A stretch of 64,000 nucleotides of DNA, from the NCBI RefSeq assembly GCF_050181815.1, contig NZ_JBFXCV010000003.1. One strand, written 5' to 3'. Shown piece by piece: positions 29,262 through 40,298 of the stretch (positions are counted from its first letter, which is position 1; each line of letters starts with the position of its first letter). A program made the position numbers and the translations under genes. The notes under the pieces were generated by a model that saw only the letters and a program-made list of their open reading frames with translations, searched no databases and had not been told where the DNA came from. This DNA is from Methylocystis sp. (GTDB lineage: Bacteria; Pseudomonadota; Alphaproteobacteria; Rhizobiales; Beijerinckiaceae).

Positions 29262-31127
29262 ATGACGGGACAGGAGACGGCGCTGGCGGGTGTTTTTCCA
29301 CAGGCCACGGAAGCCCAATGGCGCGCCCTGGTCAAGCGCGCGCTCAAAGGCGCGTCTTTCGAAGCGCTGGTCTCCATGACCTACGACGGACTTTCCGTCG
29401 AACCGCTCTACGGCCACGCCGCAGATTCGCCCGTTCGGGCGCTGCGCAAGAACCCGGGCCGCTGGGCCATACTCGCGCGCGTCGACCTCGCCGACGCCGA
29501 CGCCGCCAACCGCCTGGCGCTGCAGGACCTTGATGGCGGCGCGGATGGGCTGAATCTCGTCTTCGCCGGTTCGATCGGCGCTTATGGCGGCGGTCTCGCC
29601 GGCGACGACGATGATTCGATCGCCCATCTGCTCGCCAGTGTTCGCCTCGACTACGGCATTCCGGTCACGCTCGACTATTCGCCGCGCGCGCCGGGCGCCG
29701 CCGAGGCGATCAGGCGATTCATCGACCGCCAACATATCGAGCCCTCGCTCACCCGAGTGTCGATGGGCTTCGATCCGCTCGGCGCGCAGGCGCGGCACGG
29801 CTTCGCCGCCGAGCCTTGGCCGCAGGCTGCCAAAAGCTTCGCGCGCGACGTAAAAACCGCCGCCGACGCTGGCTTCGTTTACGCGACCGCGGTCGCGGAC
29901 GCCCGCGTCGTGCATTCGGCTGGCGGAACCGAATCGCAGGAGCTCGCCTTCGCGCTGTCCTCGGCGCTCGCCTATCTGCGGGCGCTGGCGGAGGCTGGAG
30001 TCGACCTCGACGCCGCGCGCGGCCTGATCGCCTTCCGTTTCAGCGCCGACGCCGACGAATTGCTGGGCGTCGCCAAATTTCGGGCGGCGCGGCGCCTTTG
30101 GGCGCGGGTCGAAGAGGCATGCGGCCTCTCTCCGAAACCGGCGCTGGTCTTCGCCGAGACCGCCTGGCGGATGATGTCGCGGCGCGACCCGTGGAACAAT
30201 ATTCTGCGTGGCACGCTCGCCGCCTTCTCAGCGGCGGTCGGCGGCGCCGACGCCGTCTCGGTTCTGCCCTTCACGCAGGCTTTGGGCGCTCCCGACGAAT
30301 TCGCGCGACGCCTCGCCCGAGACACCCAGCTCGTTTTGCAGGACGAATCCCATATCGACGCCGTCGACGATCCGACGAATGGCGCCGGCGGCTTCGAGAC
30401 GCTGACCGACGCGCTGTGCCGGGAGGCGTGGACTCTGTTTCAGCAGATCGAGGTAGAGGGCGGGCTCCCAAAGGCGCTGGAGACGGGAGCCTTCCGGGCG
30501 CGCGTCGCGGAGGCCGCCGTATTGCGGACGAAGAACATGGCTCGCGCCAAGGACAAGCTGATCGGCGCGAACCAGTTTCCCGACATTCACGAGGGCGCGC
30601 TCGACGTTCTCGCGCCCTATGACGCCCGAGCGGAAAGCGTCGAGCCGCCGGCCGGCGCGCTAACGAACGCCGCGCTCGCGCCGCATCGTCTCGCCGAGCC
30701 CTTCGAGCGGCTACGCGAAGAAGCGGACGCCTACTTGGCCCAAACTGGCGATCGACCCAAGATTTTCCTGGCGAATCTCGGCTCGGTCGCCGCCTTCACG
30801 GCGCGGGCGAATTTCGCCAAGAACTTTTTCGAGGCCGGCGGCGTCGAGGCCGTTTTTGGCCCCGAAACCGAATCAACCATCGAGATCGTCAACGCCTACC
30901 GGGAATCCGGCGCCAAACTCGCTTGCATCTGTTCATCCGACAGGGTCTATGGAGACGCGGCGGAAACGGCCGCGCTCGCGCTCAAGGGCGCAGGCGCGCA
31001 GCTCTATCTCGCCGGCCGGCCGGGGGAACTGGAGGAGCGTCTGCGCCATGCGGGCGTGACGACGTTCATCTACGCAGGCTGCGACATGCATGGCGCGCTG
31101 CGACGCGCGCTTTCGGAGGCCAAATGA
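29262..31127 (+). CDS. Methylmalonyl-CoA mutase small subunit
   Basis: RDPWNNILRGT, DPTNGAGGFE, IGANQFP; the C-terminal B12-like domain lacks DxHxxG (LANLGS..TARANFAKNFFEAGG). Confidence 0.88.
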   Translation: MTGQETALAGVFPQATEAQWRALVKRALKGASFEALVSMTYDGLSVEPLYGHAADSPVRALRKNPGRWAILARVDLADADAANRLALQDLDGGADGLNLVFAGSIGAYGGGLAGDDDDSIAHLLASVRLDYGIPVTLDYSPRAPGAAEAIRRFIDRQHIEPSLTRVSMGFDPLGAQARHGFAAEPWPQAAKSFARDVKTAADAGFVYATAVADARVVHSAGGTESQELAFALSSALAYLRALAEAGVDLDAARGLIAFRFSADADELLGVAKFRAARRLWARVEEACGLSPKPALVFAETAWRMMSRRDPWNNILRGTLAAFSAAVGGADAVSVLPFTQALGAPDEFARRLARDTQLVLQDESHIDAVDDPTNGAGGFETLTDALCREAWTLFQQIEVEGGLPKALETGAFRARVAEAAVLRTKNMARAKDKLIGANQFPDIHEGALDVLAPYDARAESVEPPAGALTNAALAPHRLAEPFERLREEADAYLAQTGDRPKIFLANLGSVAAFTARANFAKNFFEAGGVEAVFGPETESTIEIVNAYRESGAKLACICSSDRVYGDAAETAALALKGAGAQLYLAGRPGELEERLRHAGVTTFIYAGCDMHGALRRALSEAK

Positions 31128-31546
31128 GGATTCTAGCGTTGGCGCTTGCGGCCTGCGTGGCGGCTGGGGGAGCGTACGCCAAACAGCCGCGCGCTCAAAA
31201 AGCCAAGCCGGAAAACGAGCAGACGCTGTCAGGGCCGGTCGGCGATACGAACGGCACATGGAGCATCGAAGCCGCGACGACGGTCGGCGAATGCCAGCTC
31301 TTGATCCCGCCGTCTTTCGATGTCGTCGACGGCAAGATCGCCGCCGCTTCCGGCCCCGCCGGCTCCACCTGGGGCTATGTCGACGAAGGAGGAACGATCG
31401 TCGCGCGGTTCACCGGCCAAGGCGAACGCGTCGTACGCTTCCATGGAACGCTGCGCAACGGCAAGGGCGCCGGCGCGTGGTCGTCGTCGACCGACCTTTG
31501 CGGCGGCACCTGGCGCGCGACGCGCGGCGAAGCTGCGGCGCAATAA
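31124..31546 (+). CDS. Small secreted beta-rich hypothetical protein
   Basis: Signal peptide MRILALALAACVAAGGAYA, GTWSIE..C..GAWSS..CGGTWRA; ATGA overlap with the mutase stop. Confidence 0.75.
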   Translation: MRILALALAACVAAGGAYAKQPRAQKAKPENEQTLSGPVGDTNGTWSIEAATTVGECQLLIPPSFDVVDGKIAAASGPAGSTWGYVDEGGTIVARFTGQGERVVRFHGTLRNGKGAGAWSSSTDLCGGTWRATRGEAAAQ

Positions 31547-31659
31547 GGCAGGCCGCCGCTAAATGCCATTCATGAATCATCGATTCAAGATTGCGATCGA
31601 CTTTCTTGAATTGACGCATTTTCTATGCAGATTCGGCATCCGCGTCGGCGGAAAATGCT

Positions 31660-33009
31660 CTACCGCCTCGGACGCTCCTCGAAATAGCTGTCGTCGTCGC
31701 CCTGGATCAAACCATCGGCGGGCATCGGACGCGCGGCCTGGACGACCGTCGGCGCGGCCGAATTGGCGCCGGCCGAGCGCATCCCGAGTCCGTCGCGCTG
31801 ATAGATGTCGTCACGGAATTGGGTGATTCCGTCCGGCGTCGCCCAAGCCGTGACATAGACCCAGTAAACCGGCACGGCCGGCCAGATTTTGACGTCGACA
31901 CGCTCGCCGGAAGCGATGACCTGATCGATATGGTCGCGGTCCCAGCCTGGCGTCTCCTTTAAGAGCCAGGCGACATAGTCGCGCACGTTCTGAAGCCGGA
32001 TGCAACCGGAGGAGACGAAGCGGAAATCGTCGCCGAAAACGCCTTTCGCGGGCGTGTCATGCATATAGACCCCGTAGGGGTTGGCGATGTCGATGCGGAC
32101 CACGCCGAGCGAGTTGAAGTCGCCGCCGATGTCCTGGCGGAACCGGAAATTGAGCGCGTCGAGCGAGCGCCAGTTGATCTGCTCGGGCTGAAGCTCCTGA
32201 TTATCCTTGTTATAGACGCGGATGTGATTGGCGTTGAGGTAGTTCGGATCGGCCTGCATCTTCGGAATCAGGTCCTTGCGGATCACCGAGGCCGGCACTG
32301 TCCAGAACGGATTGAAATTGACCTGAATGGCCTTGGTCTGCATCACCGGCGACTGGCGGTCGATCTTGCCGACGCCCGCCATGTGATGGGTCATGACCTC
32401 GCCATTCTCCACGGTCTCCACCGTCGCGGCGGGAATATTGGCGGTGACGTAGCGGTTGCCGAGGTCGCGGGAGAAACTGCGCAACCGCACAAGATTGGTC
32501 TCGAGCTGCTGCAGCCGGGTCTCGGCCGGAACATTCAGCGCCTGGATCGTCTGTTGATTGACAACTCCTGTCGCGATAATGCCGTGACGCGCCTGGAAGC
32601 GGCGCACCGCCGCCTCGACATATGAGTCGAAGATCGGGCTTGAGCCGGTTTCGGGCCCGACGTCGCCGGAGGCGATCAGCCGACGACGGAGAGCCGTGAC
32701 CGCCGGGCCGTTCGAGCCGAGCCGCAATTGCTGTCCGGCGACCGAGGGCCAGCCGCCATTGGCGACGATTTCGCGAAAGCGTTCGATCGCAGCCTCGGTC
32801 GCGGCCACCGTCTGAGTCGACAGTATCGGGGTCGTCGAACGGGAAACGGTCAGGCGGGCGTCGGCGTCATAGCGCTGCGCCCATTCGGCCTGCCCGTACT
32901 GATCGTAAGCGGTGCCGGCCGGCGCGAGAGCGACTGCGCCGACAACAAGCGCAGCGCCGCGGACAAAATGCAGAATTGCGGATTCTCGCACAGATCGCTC
33001 CAATCGCAT
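31660..33009 (-). CDS. L,D-transpeptidase with peptidoglycan-binding domain (YcbB/LdtD-like)
   Basis: AVRRFQARHG, NPFWTVP, VYMHDTP..SSGCIR. Confidence 0.92.
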   Translation of the reverse strand: MRLERSVRESAILHFVRGAALVVGAVALAPAGTAYDQYGQAEWAQRYDADARLTVSRSTTPILSTQTVAATEAAIERFREIVANGGWPSVAGQQLRLGSNGPAVTALRRRLIASGDVGPETGSSPIFDSYVEAAVRRFQARHGIIATGVVNQQTIQALNVPAETRLQQLETNLVRLRSFSRDLGNRYVTANIPAATVETVENGEVMTHHMAGVGKIDRQSPVMQTKAIQVNFNPFWTVPASVIRKDLIPKMQADPNYLNANHIRVYNKDNQELQPEQINWRSLDALNFRFRQDIGGDFNSLGVVRIDIANPYGVYMHDTPAKGVFGDDFRFVSSGCIRLQNVRDYVAWLLKETPGWDRDHIDQVIASGERVDVKIWPAVPVYWVYVTAWATPDGITQFRDDIYQRDGLGMRSAGANSAAPTVVQAARPMPADGLIQGDDDSYFEERPRR

Positions 33010-33161
33010 GGCCGGGAGGCGTCCCGGCAGTCAAGCCGAAAGACGGCGCGTCTAGAGGACCACGCCGACCGTTTCGATCGAGTTGTGCATCTTCGATCTT
33101 AACAAGGACCGAATAGTCCGGCGATTTTGTGACCTGCGCAGCTTCGGGAGGGGCGCCGCGC

Positions 33162-33893
33162 TCAGCCCACCCGGACCCAGCCGCTCATGCCCAGACGCTC
33201 CTGGGGCAGGAAGCGGGATTTATATTCCATCTTGCGCGAACCTTCGACCCAATAGCCGAGATAGACATGCGGCAGGCCGAAGCTACGGCCACGCTCGGCA
33301 TGATCGAGAATCATGAACGCCCCGAGCGAGCGATGCTCCAGTTCAGGCTCGTAAAAGGAATAGACCATAGAAAGCCCGTCCGAGAGGCGGTCGGTCAGGC
33401 AGCAGGCGACGAGTGGGCCGATCTCGCCATTCGCGCGCGCCAGGCGATATTCGATGAGCCTGGTGTCGACATGGCTGTCTTCGATCATCATCTGATAATC
33501 AACCATGCTCATATCGGCCATGCCGCCGTCCGAATGGCGCGCGCCGACATAGCGGCGAAACAGCGCGTATTGCTCATGCGTGGCGCGCGCCGGCCGGGTT
33601 TCGGCGATAAGATCGACGTTGCGCCTGCGGATTCTCCGCATGCCGCGCGATGGCGCAAACTCGTCGAGCTTCACCCGCACGGAAACGCAGGCGCGGCACT
33701 GCTCGCAGGCCGGGCGATAGGCGATGGTCTGGGAGCGGCGAAATCCCGATTGCGTCAGCGTGTCGTTGAGCGCCGGCGCCCGAAGGCCGATCAGATGGGT
33801 GAATACCTTCCGCTCCTCGCGGCCCGGCAAATAGGGGCACGGCGCGGGAGAGGTCAGGTAGAATTGCGGCGCGTCGCGCGGCTCTTTCGTCAC
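33162..33893 (-). CDS. bpt: Arginyl/aspartate-glutamate leucyltransferase (ATE1-like Bpt)
   Basis: [40 protein letters not shown]. Confidence 0.9.
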   Translation of the reverse strand: MTKEPRDAPQFYLTSPAPCPYLPGREERKVFTHLIGLRAPALNDTLTQSGFRRSQTIAYRPACEQCRACVSVRVKLDEFAPSRGMRRIRRRNVDLIAETRPARATHEQYALFRRYVGARHSDGGMADMSMVDYQMMIEDSHVDTRLIEYRLARANGEIGPLVACCLTDRLSDGLSMVYSFYEPELEHRSLGAFMILDHAERGRSFGLPHVYLGYWVEGSRKMEYKSRFLPQERLGMSGWVRVG

Positions 33894-33993
33894 GCTCTCT
33901 TGTTCCCGGATTTGAAAGTTAATCTAGAGCGCCCGAGCGGCGCGCGCCAAGGTCAGATTTAAGGCCCGATTTGTGGCTTCGAAATTGCAGATT

Positions 33994-34476
33994 TTAAGAC
34001 GAGCGCCGCAAAATGATCACATCCGCGAGCATGTCGTGCAGGCAGCGCTTGTCGCTCGTAAACAGCGATACGAGCAGCAACGGCGGGAAAAGCCAGGTGA
34101 CATAGAACAACACCGCATGGACCGCCGCCTGCAAAAACGGCACTGAATCTCCCTCCATGGTCCGCATCTCCAAATCCATGAACGCCATGCCGGGCGTCGC
34201 CATTCTCGGCCCCGAGACGGTCAGGCCATTATAAAAAAAGGCGACGATCGGAAACAGCGGCGGCAGGATGAAGGCCGACAGTCCGGCGCTCAAAATGAAG
34301 AGCGCGACGAACAGCGCCGCCGACATGCCGGAGACGAGGATCAAGTCCAGCATGACGGCCATGATTCGGCGGCTGCGCACGCCTTCGAGCGCCTGCGGCG
34401 GAATGTAAGGCGCCGCGCGCGCGCCGGCCCGGCTCATCGGCGGCTCACGGCTTGAAAAGGGATCGCGCTCGGTCAT
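33994..34476 (-). CDS. RDD family membrane protein
   Basis: RRIMAVMLD, ATPGM..DLE, KRCLHDMLA. Confidence 0.88.
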   Translation of the reverse strand: MTERDPFSSREPPMSRAGARAAPYIPPQALEGVRSRRIMAVMLDLILVSGMSAALFVALFILSAGLSAFILPPLFPIVAFFYNGLTVSGPRMATPGMAFMDLEMRTMEGDSVPFLQAAVHAVLFYVTWLFPPLLLVSLFTSDKRCLHDMLADVIILRRSS

Positions 34477-34643
34477 CGACTTGCCGCCTTTCAACTGGCC
34501 CGCCAAAGATTGGCGAACCGGACGGCGGATTCAAGTGCGCCGCTGGTGGTGGATTTCGCGCGAAACACGCAAAAGGCGCTTGCCTCTCTTCTCTCCGAGG
34601 GCGTACCTTGCTGGTTTAATATCGCAAATATTTGGAGTGGAAC

Positions 34644-37172
34644 ATGTTTAAGACTATCGTCCTTTTTTCGGACGGGACGGGCAATAGTTCGGCCTCGACT
34701 TTCAAGACCAACGTCTTTCGTCTCTATGCCGCGCTCGACCTGACGCCGGACCAAGGCCAGATCGCCTATTACGACGATGGCGTCGGCTCCTCGCAGCATC
34801 GCTGGCTGGCCGCCATCACGGGAGCCTTCGGCTTTGGCCTGAAACGCAATGTGCTGGACCTTTATAAGTTTCTCACCCGCCACTACCGCGACGCTTTGGC
34901 GACGCAGCATCTCGCACCCAGCGAAACGACCGACGGGAAGATTTATCCTCCGAAGATCGCATGTTTTGGCTTCAGCCGGGGCGCCTTCACCATCCGCGTT
35001 CTTATCGGCCTCGTGGCCTCGGAAGGCCTGCCGCTCGGCGCCGATTCGGAAGAAGAGCTCAACAGGCTGGCTGAGCGCGCCTATCAGAAGTTCCGAGCGG
35101 ATCATTTTCATACTCTCCTCAGACTCGAGAATATCTGGCGATGGCTGCGCGACGAGGTCGTAATCCGTTGGCTCGATCGCAATTCAACGCCTTACGACCG
35201 CGATAAGAACATCCATGTCGACGCGATCGACTTCCTGGGCTTGTGGGACACTGTGGGCGCCTATGGCATGCCCGTCGAGGAACTAAGAGTCTTTATCGAC
35301 AAATTCATCTTTCCACTGACGTTCAGCAGCTATGATTTACTGCCTGTCGTCCGCGTCACACGTCATGCCCTGTCGATCGACGACGAACGCGACGCTTTCA
35401 CGCCGATTCCTTTCGACGATGCGGAGACGCGCTATGAAGCGTCGTGCAAGCGCGATGCGATCATCGCGACTCTCGTCGCCGAAGGGATGAGTCGCGAGAA
35501 GGCGGAAGACAGGGCGCATCAAGAAGTCTGCGAGCGTAGCCAGCAAATCTGGTTCGCCGGCGTGCACGCGAATGTCGGCGGCGGCTATCCCGACGACAGC
35601 GAAGCGATCCTGCCGATGCGCTGGATCATGCAGGAGGCGGAAAAACACGGCGTCGTCTTTATCGATTCGATCAAGAAAGACATCGAGGCGAAAGCGACCG
35701 CCTTCGGACAGATCTATGATTCCCGCAGCGGATTGAGCGCGCTTTATCGATACAAGCCGCGCGATATCGCTGGAATTCTAAATAACGCGCGCCAGCTCAC
35801 TTTGGAACAGGGCAAAATGAGCCCGACGGCAAGCGCTGCGCCGCCGCCGACGCCGCTGATCCACGAAAGCGTCATCTATCGAATGGCGCTGCGTTTCCAG
35901 GGTTATGCGCCGATCGCCTTGCCTCGACAGTTCCAGGTCGTGGACAATACCGGCCGGTCGAAGGTCTTCTTCGATTTCGCCTCCGATGCGCGGAAGCGTG
36001 AAGGCAGATTTGCCGACGGCGTTGGCGCTTCGCAAAGCAAGATATCGAGCTTGGCGCAATTGGTCGCCAAACTCCAGGCGCCAAGTGAGAGAAATCTCGA
36101 TCTCGTCGACGCCGCCGTCTTTTGGCGGCGCGTCTCCTACCAGCTCACGCTCTGGTCGCTCATCATACTCTTGTTGATGCCCTTGCTGGAGCGCCAGGAC
36201 GGCGACTCGAATTGGGCCGCGGCGAAGCTATTCAATTCGATCATCGGTTTCGTGGCCGGCTACCTTCCCGGCTTTCTATCGCCCTGGCTCAGCACTTTTC
36301 AACAATATCCGATCTGCGCGGGCGTGTTGCTGCTGATTTTCGGGATCACCTTCTGGTGGGGCGGGCATTTGAGGCGCGTCATCGCCGACCGCTCGCGCTT
36401 CGCATGGGGGATGACCGAGCGACCATCGCAGAGCGTGCTGGGTCGTCTGTTTTGGGACCCGATCGCCATATTCCTGTTAGATTGCAAACTTGCCAATCGG
36501 ATCGGGGGTTTCGTCGCCAATTGGGCGATGCCAAGCTTCCTGTTTGTCATCGCCGTTTTCGCGGTCTTCTTCTTTTTCGATCGGCTCTATTTTCACTACC
36601 GCGCCTATCAAGGCGAAATATGTAAAAGCACGCTCATGGCCAAAAGCCTATCGAGTGAAGCAAGCATAGAATTTTCTACCGCGAACCCCTGCAAGGCGAC
36701 CGGCTACACATTGGAAAAGGGCCGCTTCTACGCCGTGACATTCAAAATCGATAAGGAATGGACGGACGGCGGGCTCGCCGCCAATCTCGGCGGCCTGAAG
36801 CGCAACGAACTTTCGCTCGGCCAAAAAGTCGGGTTTTTCCTTGCGGGGCTCACCATCAAACGGGTGCTCGGCGAACCCTGGGTGGAGCCAATCCTGCAAA
36901 TTGGCGCAGAGGGCTTCGACATCATCCCGGGACAACCTTTCGTCCCATTCCCGAACGGATCGCTCAAGGACGAAATGACGGTGCGGTTCAAAGCGCCCGC
37001 CGCCGGAGAACTGTTCCTTTACGTCAACGACGCCTATTCCGGCTTCGTTCCGCTCGCGACGCTCTTTGGGCAGAAGCCAAATTCCGACGGCGACCAGCGC
37101 CATACGTACGGCAATAATGAAGGGACGGCGAAGATTACAGTCGAACCCCTGTCTGCGGAATACGGGGATTAG
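34644..37172 (+). CDS. DUF2235 (Tle1-like alpha/beta hydrolase) protein with TM segments and a C-terminal soluble domain
   Basis: [45 protein letters not shown]; hydrophobic helices around residues 490-645. Confidence 0.87.
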   Translation: MFKTIVLFSDGTGNSSASTFKTNVFRLYAALDLTPDQGQIAYYDDGVGSSQHRWLAAITGAFGFGLKRNVLDLYKFLTRHYRDALATQHLAPSETTDGKIYPPKIACFGFSRGAFTIRVLIGLVASEGLPLGADSEEELNRLAERAYQKFRADHFHTLLRLENIWRWLRDEVVIRWLDRNSTPYDRDKNIHVDAIDFLGLWDTVGAYGMPVEELRVFIDKFIFPLTFSSYDLLPVVRVTRHALSIDDERDAFTPIPFDDAETRYEASCKRDAIIATLVAEGMSREKAEDRAHQEVCERSQQIWFAGVHANVGGGYPDDSEAILPMRWIMQEAEKHGVVFIDSIKKDIEAKATAFGQIYDSRSGLSALYRYKPRDIAGILNNARQLTLEQGKMSPTASAAPPPTPLIHESVIYRMALRFQGYAPIALPRQFQVVDNTGRSKVFFDFASDARKREGRFADGVGASQSKISSLAQLVAKLQAPSERNLDLVDAAVFWRRVSYQLTLWSLIILLLMPLLERQDGDSNWAAAKLFNSIIGFVAGYLPGFLSPWLSTFQQYPICAGVLLLIFGITFWWGGHLRRVIADRSRFAWGMTERPSQSVLGRLFWDPIAIFLLDCKLANRIGGFVANWAMPSFLFVIAVFAVFFFFDRLYFHYRAYQGEICKSTLMAKSLSSEASIEFSTANPCKATGYTLEKGRFYAVTFKIDKEWTDGGLAANLGGLKRNELSLGQKVGFFLAGLTIKRVLGEPWVEPILQIGAEGFDIIPGQPFVPFPNGSLKDEMTVRFKAPAAGELFLYVNDAYSGFVPLATLFGQKPNSDGDQRHTYGNNEGTAKITVEPLSAEYGD

Positions 37173-37269
37173 TCCTCGGTCCGCCTTGACGGGGCCGGTT
37201 CCTTTGTCGCAAGGCTCCGGCCTGCCGGCGCGCATCCTCGCCCGCCCGGAGCAGCCTCGGGAAATACAT

Positions 37270-37512
37270 ATGGCCAGCAATGCCGTCGACGGCGGACATT
37301 TGCGCGCCTTCATCGAGCGGATCGAAAAGCTCGAGGAGGAAAAACGCGCGATCGGCGACGACATCAAGGATGTCTACGCGGAAGCGAAGGGAACGGGCTT
37401 CGATCCCAAGGTGATGCGCAAGATCGTGTCGCTGCGCCGGCAGGATAAGCACAAGCGCCAGGAGGAGGAGGAAATCCTCGACCTCTATCTCTCCGCTCTC
37501 GGCATGGAATAA
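37270..37512 (+). CDS. gapR: GapR/DUF2312 nucleoid-associated protein
   Basis: [48 protein letters not shown]. Confidence 0.9.
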   Translation: MASNAVDGGHLRAFIERIEKLEEEKRAIGDDIKDVYAEAKGTGFDPKVMRKIVSLRRQDKHKRQEEEEILDLYLSALGME

Positions 37513-37580
37513 GCCTGATCCCACGCCGGAGAGGCGGCCCTTGGGCGGCAGGGCTTTGGCGGACGACATCGGGGCGCAAA

Positions 37581-39107
37581 ATGGATTTTGGCGCGCAGGA
37601 AGAGGTCGTGCGCTTTCTCGCTTCGCTCGACGGCGGCGCGGCGCGGATCGTCACGACCCACATCTCCGTCGTCGCGCTGTGCCGGACCCGCGCCTACAAG
37701 CTGAAAAAGGCAGTGCGCTTCTCCTATCTCGATTTCTCGACGCCGAGCCGCCGATTGGAAATGTGCGAACGCGAGGCGGCGCTCAACTTGCGCTTCGCGC
37801 CCGAACTTTATCTTGGCGCCCATCGCGTGACCCGCGAGGCGGACGGTTCGCTGGCGCTCGATGGCGCAGGAGAGATGATCGACGCGGTTGTCGTCATGCG
37901 CCGCTTCGCCGACGACGACCTCTTCGAGCAGATCGCGAAAGATGGCCGCCTGACGCGCGACATGGTGGAGTCGCTCGCGCGTCGAATCGCCAGGACTCAC
38001 GACGAAGCAGTGCCGGATTATGAGAGGGGCGGCGGGGCGGCGATGCGCCGAATTCTGGACGATGCGTCCTTGAGCCTGCGCCATGCGGCGACCGCAAGCG
38101 CGGAAGGAATCGACGCGCTCGTCGCGCGGCTGAGCAAAGCCCTCGAAGCGCAAAGCGCGCTTCTCGACAGGCGAAAGGCGCAGGGCAAGGTGCGCCGCTG
38201 CCACGGCGATCTGACGCTGCGCAACATCTGTCTCTTCGAAGGTGCGCCGACGCTCTTCGACTGTCTCGAATTCGACGATGAGATGGCGACGATCGACGTG
38301 CTCTATGACGTCGGTTTCCTGCTGATGGATTTCTGGCGGGCGGGCGCGCGCGCCTTCGCAAATCTCGCCCTCAACCGCTACCTCGACGCGCGCGACGAGA
38401 CCGACGGCCTGCCGCTCCTCCCCTTGTTCATGTCGCTGCGCGCCGCGATCCGCGCCCATGTCGAAGCCTCGCAAGGAAACGGCGAACGCGCGCGCCTTTA
38501 TTTCGATCTCGCGGACGCCCTGCTCGCGCCGGCCAAAGGCGCTGTCGTCGCGATTGGCGGCCTCAGCGGGTCAGGCAAATCGAGCGTCGCGGCGGCTCTC
38601 GCGCCATTGGTCGGATGTCCGCCCGGCGCGCGAATCATCAACAGCGACCGCATTCGCAAGCGGCTCTATGGCGCCCCGCCGACCGCGCGTCTTCCGCAGG
38701 AGGCCTATGCGAGCGCCGTCTCGGAAAAAGTCTATGGCGAAATGTTCGAGGAAGCGGCGCGAATAGCCGCGCTCGGCTGGCCGGTCATCGTCGACGCGGT
38801 CTTCGATCGTCCTGAAGATCGCGACGCGATCGCAGCCGCAGCCGGGCGTGCGCGCGCGCCCTTCTGCGGCGTCTGGCTCGATCTCGATCTCGCGCGGCGC
38901 GCGGCGCGCGTCGACGCGCGCGTCAATGACGTGTCCGACGCGACGCGCGAGGTTCTCAAGGCGCAGATGGAAAAGGCGACCGGCGCGATCGAATGGTTCA
39001 AGATCGATGCCTCGAAAGATACGGCGACCGTCGCCGCAGAGATCAAAAGGCCTGTTGATTTGGCGTTGCCTGCTCCAACTCCTCCTGTCTTTCCCGACGC
39101 GCGCTAA
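37581..39107 (+). CDS. Aminoglycoside-phosphotransferase-like domain fused to an AAA_33-type kinase
   Basis: TTHIS, RRCHGDLTLRNI, FDCLEFD, C-terminal GGLSGSGKS and SDRIRK. Confidence 0.88.
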   Translation: MDFGAQEEVVRFLASLDGGAARIVTTHISVVALCRTRAYKLKKAVRFSYLDFSTPSRRLEMCEREAALNLRFAPELYLGAHRVTREADGSLALDGAGEMIDAVVVMRRFADDDLFEQIAKDGRLTRDMVESLARRIARTHDEAVPDYERGGGAAMRRILDDASLSLRHAATASAEGIDALVARLSKALEAQSALLDRRKAQGKVRRCHGDLTLRNICLFEGAPTLFDCLEFDDEMATIDVLYDVGFLLMDFWRAGARAFANLALNRYLDARDETDGLPLLPLFMSLRAAIRAHVEASQGNGERARLYFDLADALLAPAKGAVVAIGGLSGSGKSSVAAALAPLVGCPPGARIINSDRIRKRLYGAPPTARLPQEAYASAVSEKVYGEMFEEAARIAALGWPVIVDAVFDRPEDRDAIAAAAGRARAPFCGVWLDLDLARRAARVDARVNDVSDATREVLKAQMEKATGAIEWFKIDASKDTATVAAEIKRPVDLALPAPTPPVFPDAR

Positions 39108-39192
39108 GCGGCGATCGGGAAACCAGCGCAAAACCAGCACTCTTGGCTCGACTCTGGATTCCCGATCAGGCCTTCGGCCTATCGGGAATGAC
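39087..39192. repeat. Second copy of palindromic repeat family A, overlapping the stop codon of the AAA gene
   Basis: GTCTTTCCCGACGCGCG..GATCGGGAAACCAG, a spacer similar to that at 11781-11807, then CTGGATTCCCGAT..ATCGGGAATGAC. Confidence 0.7.
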
Positions 39193-39196
39193 ACGC

Positions 39197-39279
39197 GCCG
39201 TCATTGCGAGCGGAAGGCGAAGCAATCCGGTATCGCGCAGCGGAATGGATTACTTCGTCGCTTCGCTCGCAATGACGGC
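39197..39279. repeat. Palindromic repeat (family B, RPE-like)
   Basis: Perfect 15-bp terminal inverted repeat GCCGTCATTGCGAGC/GCTCGCAATGACGGC, with inner GAAGCAATCC/GGATTACTTC arms. Confidence 0.75.
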
Positions 39280-39290
39280 CGCCCCTCGAG

Positions 39291-40286
39291 CTAAGGAATA
39301 AGCACCGCTGCGCCTTGCAGCCGGCCCTCGCGCAGATCGGAGAGCGCCTCGTTCGCCTTCGCCAGCGGATAGCGCGTCACATGCATCTTCAGCGGCAGCG
39401 TCGGCGCCAGCGCGAGGAATTCGCGCGCGTCTTCGCGCGTGAGATTGGCGACCGAAAGAAGCCGCCGTTCCTCCCAGAGCAGCGCGTAGGGAAAGCTCGG
39501 AATGTCGCTCATGTGAATGCCGCCGCAGACGACGGCGCCGCCCTTCTTCGTCGCGGCGAGCGCGCGCGGGATCAGCGCGCCGACCGGCGCGAAAATCAGC
39601 GCGGCGTCGAGCGGCTCCGGCGAGGGCGCGTCGGAATCCTGCGCCGACGCTGCGCCGAGCGACAGCGCAAAATCAGCCGCCGCCCGATCGCCCGGCCGCA
39701 CGAAGGCGTGAACGCGCCTGCCCTGCGCGATCGCCACCTGAGCGATGATATGCGCCGCGGCGCCGAAGCCGTAAATGCCGATCACGTCCGCCGGACCCGC
39801 CAGCTTCAGCGTCCGCCAGCCGATGAGGCCGGCGCAAAGCAGCGGCGCGAGCGTCGCCGGATCGCCGTCTTCCGGCAGCGGGAAGCAGTAAGAGGCGTCG
39901 GCGACGGCATGAGTGGCGTAGCCGCCGTCTCGCGTATAGCCGGTAAAGAGCGGATCGTCGCAAAGGTTTTCGCGCGCGCTCAGGCAATAGGGGCAATGCC
40001 CGCAGGTGTGGCCGAGCCAGGGGACGCCGACCCGCTGTCCAAGCCGGACGCCGGTCACGCCGGCGCCGATCGCCTCGACGCGGCCGACGATTTCATGGCC
40101 CGGAACGATCGGAAGCTTGGGTCGCGTGAGTTCGCCGTCGACGACATGGAGATCAGTGCGGCAAACGCCGCAAGCCTCGACCTTGAGCCGCAATTCGCCA
40201 GCGCCCGGCGAAGGCGCGGGCCGCTCCTCCATGACCAGCGGCGCATGGGGCGCCGGCAAAACCATCGCTAACATCGCTTGCGTCAT
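39291..40286 (-). CDS. Zinc-dependent alcohol dehydrogenase
   Basis: CGVCRTDLH, PGHEIVG, CGHCPYC..ENLC, LLCAGLIG, GFGAAAH. Start taken at MTQAML (40286). Confidence 0.92.
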   Translation of the reverse strand: MTQAMLAMVLPAPHAPLVMEERPAPSPGAGELRLKVEACGVCRTDLHVVDGELTRPKLPIVPGHEIVGRVEAIGAGVTGVRLGQRVGVPWLGHTCGHCPYCLSARENLCDDPLFTGYTRDGGYATHAVADASYCFPLPEDGDPATLAPLLCAGLIGWRTLKLAGPADVIGIYGFGAAAHIIAQVAIAQGRRVHAFVRPGDRAAADFALSLGAASAQDSDAPSPEPLDAALIFAPVGALIPRALAATKKGGAVVCGGIHMSDIPSFPYALLWEERRLLSVANLTREDAREFLALAPTLPLKMHVTRYPLAKANEALSDLREGRLQGAAVLIP

Positions 40287-40298
40287 GTTCCCCCTGCT

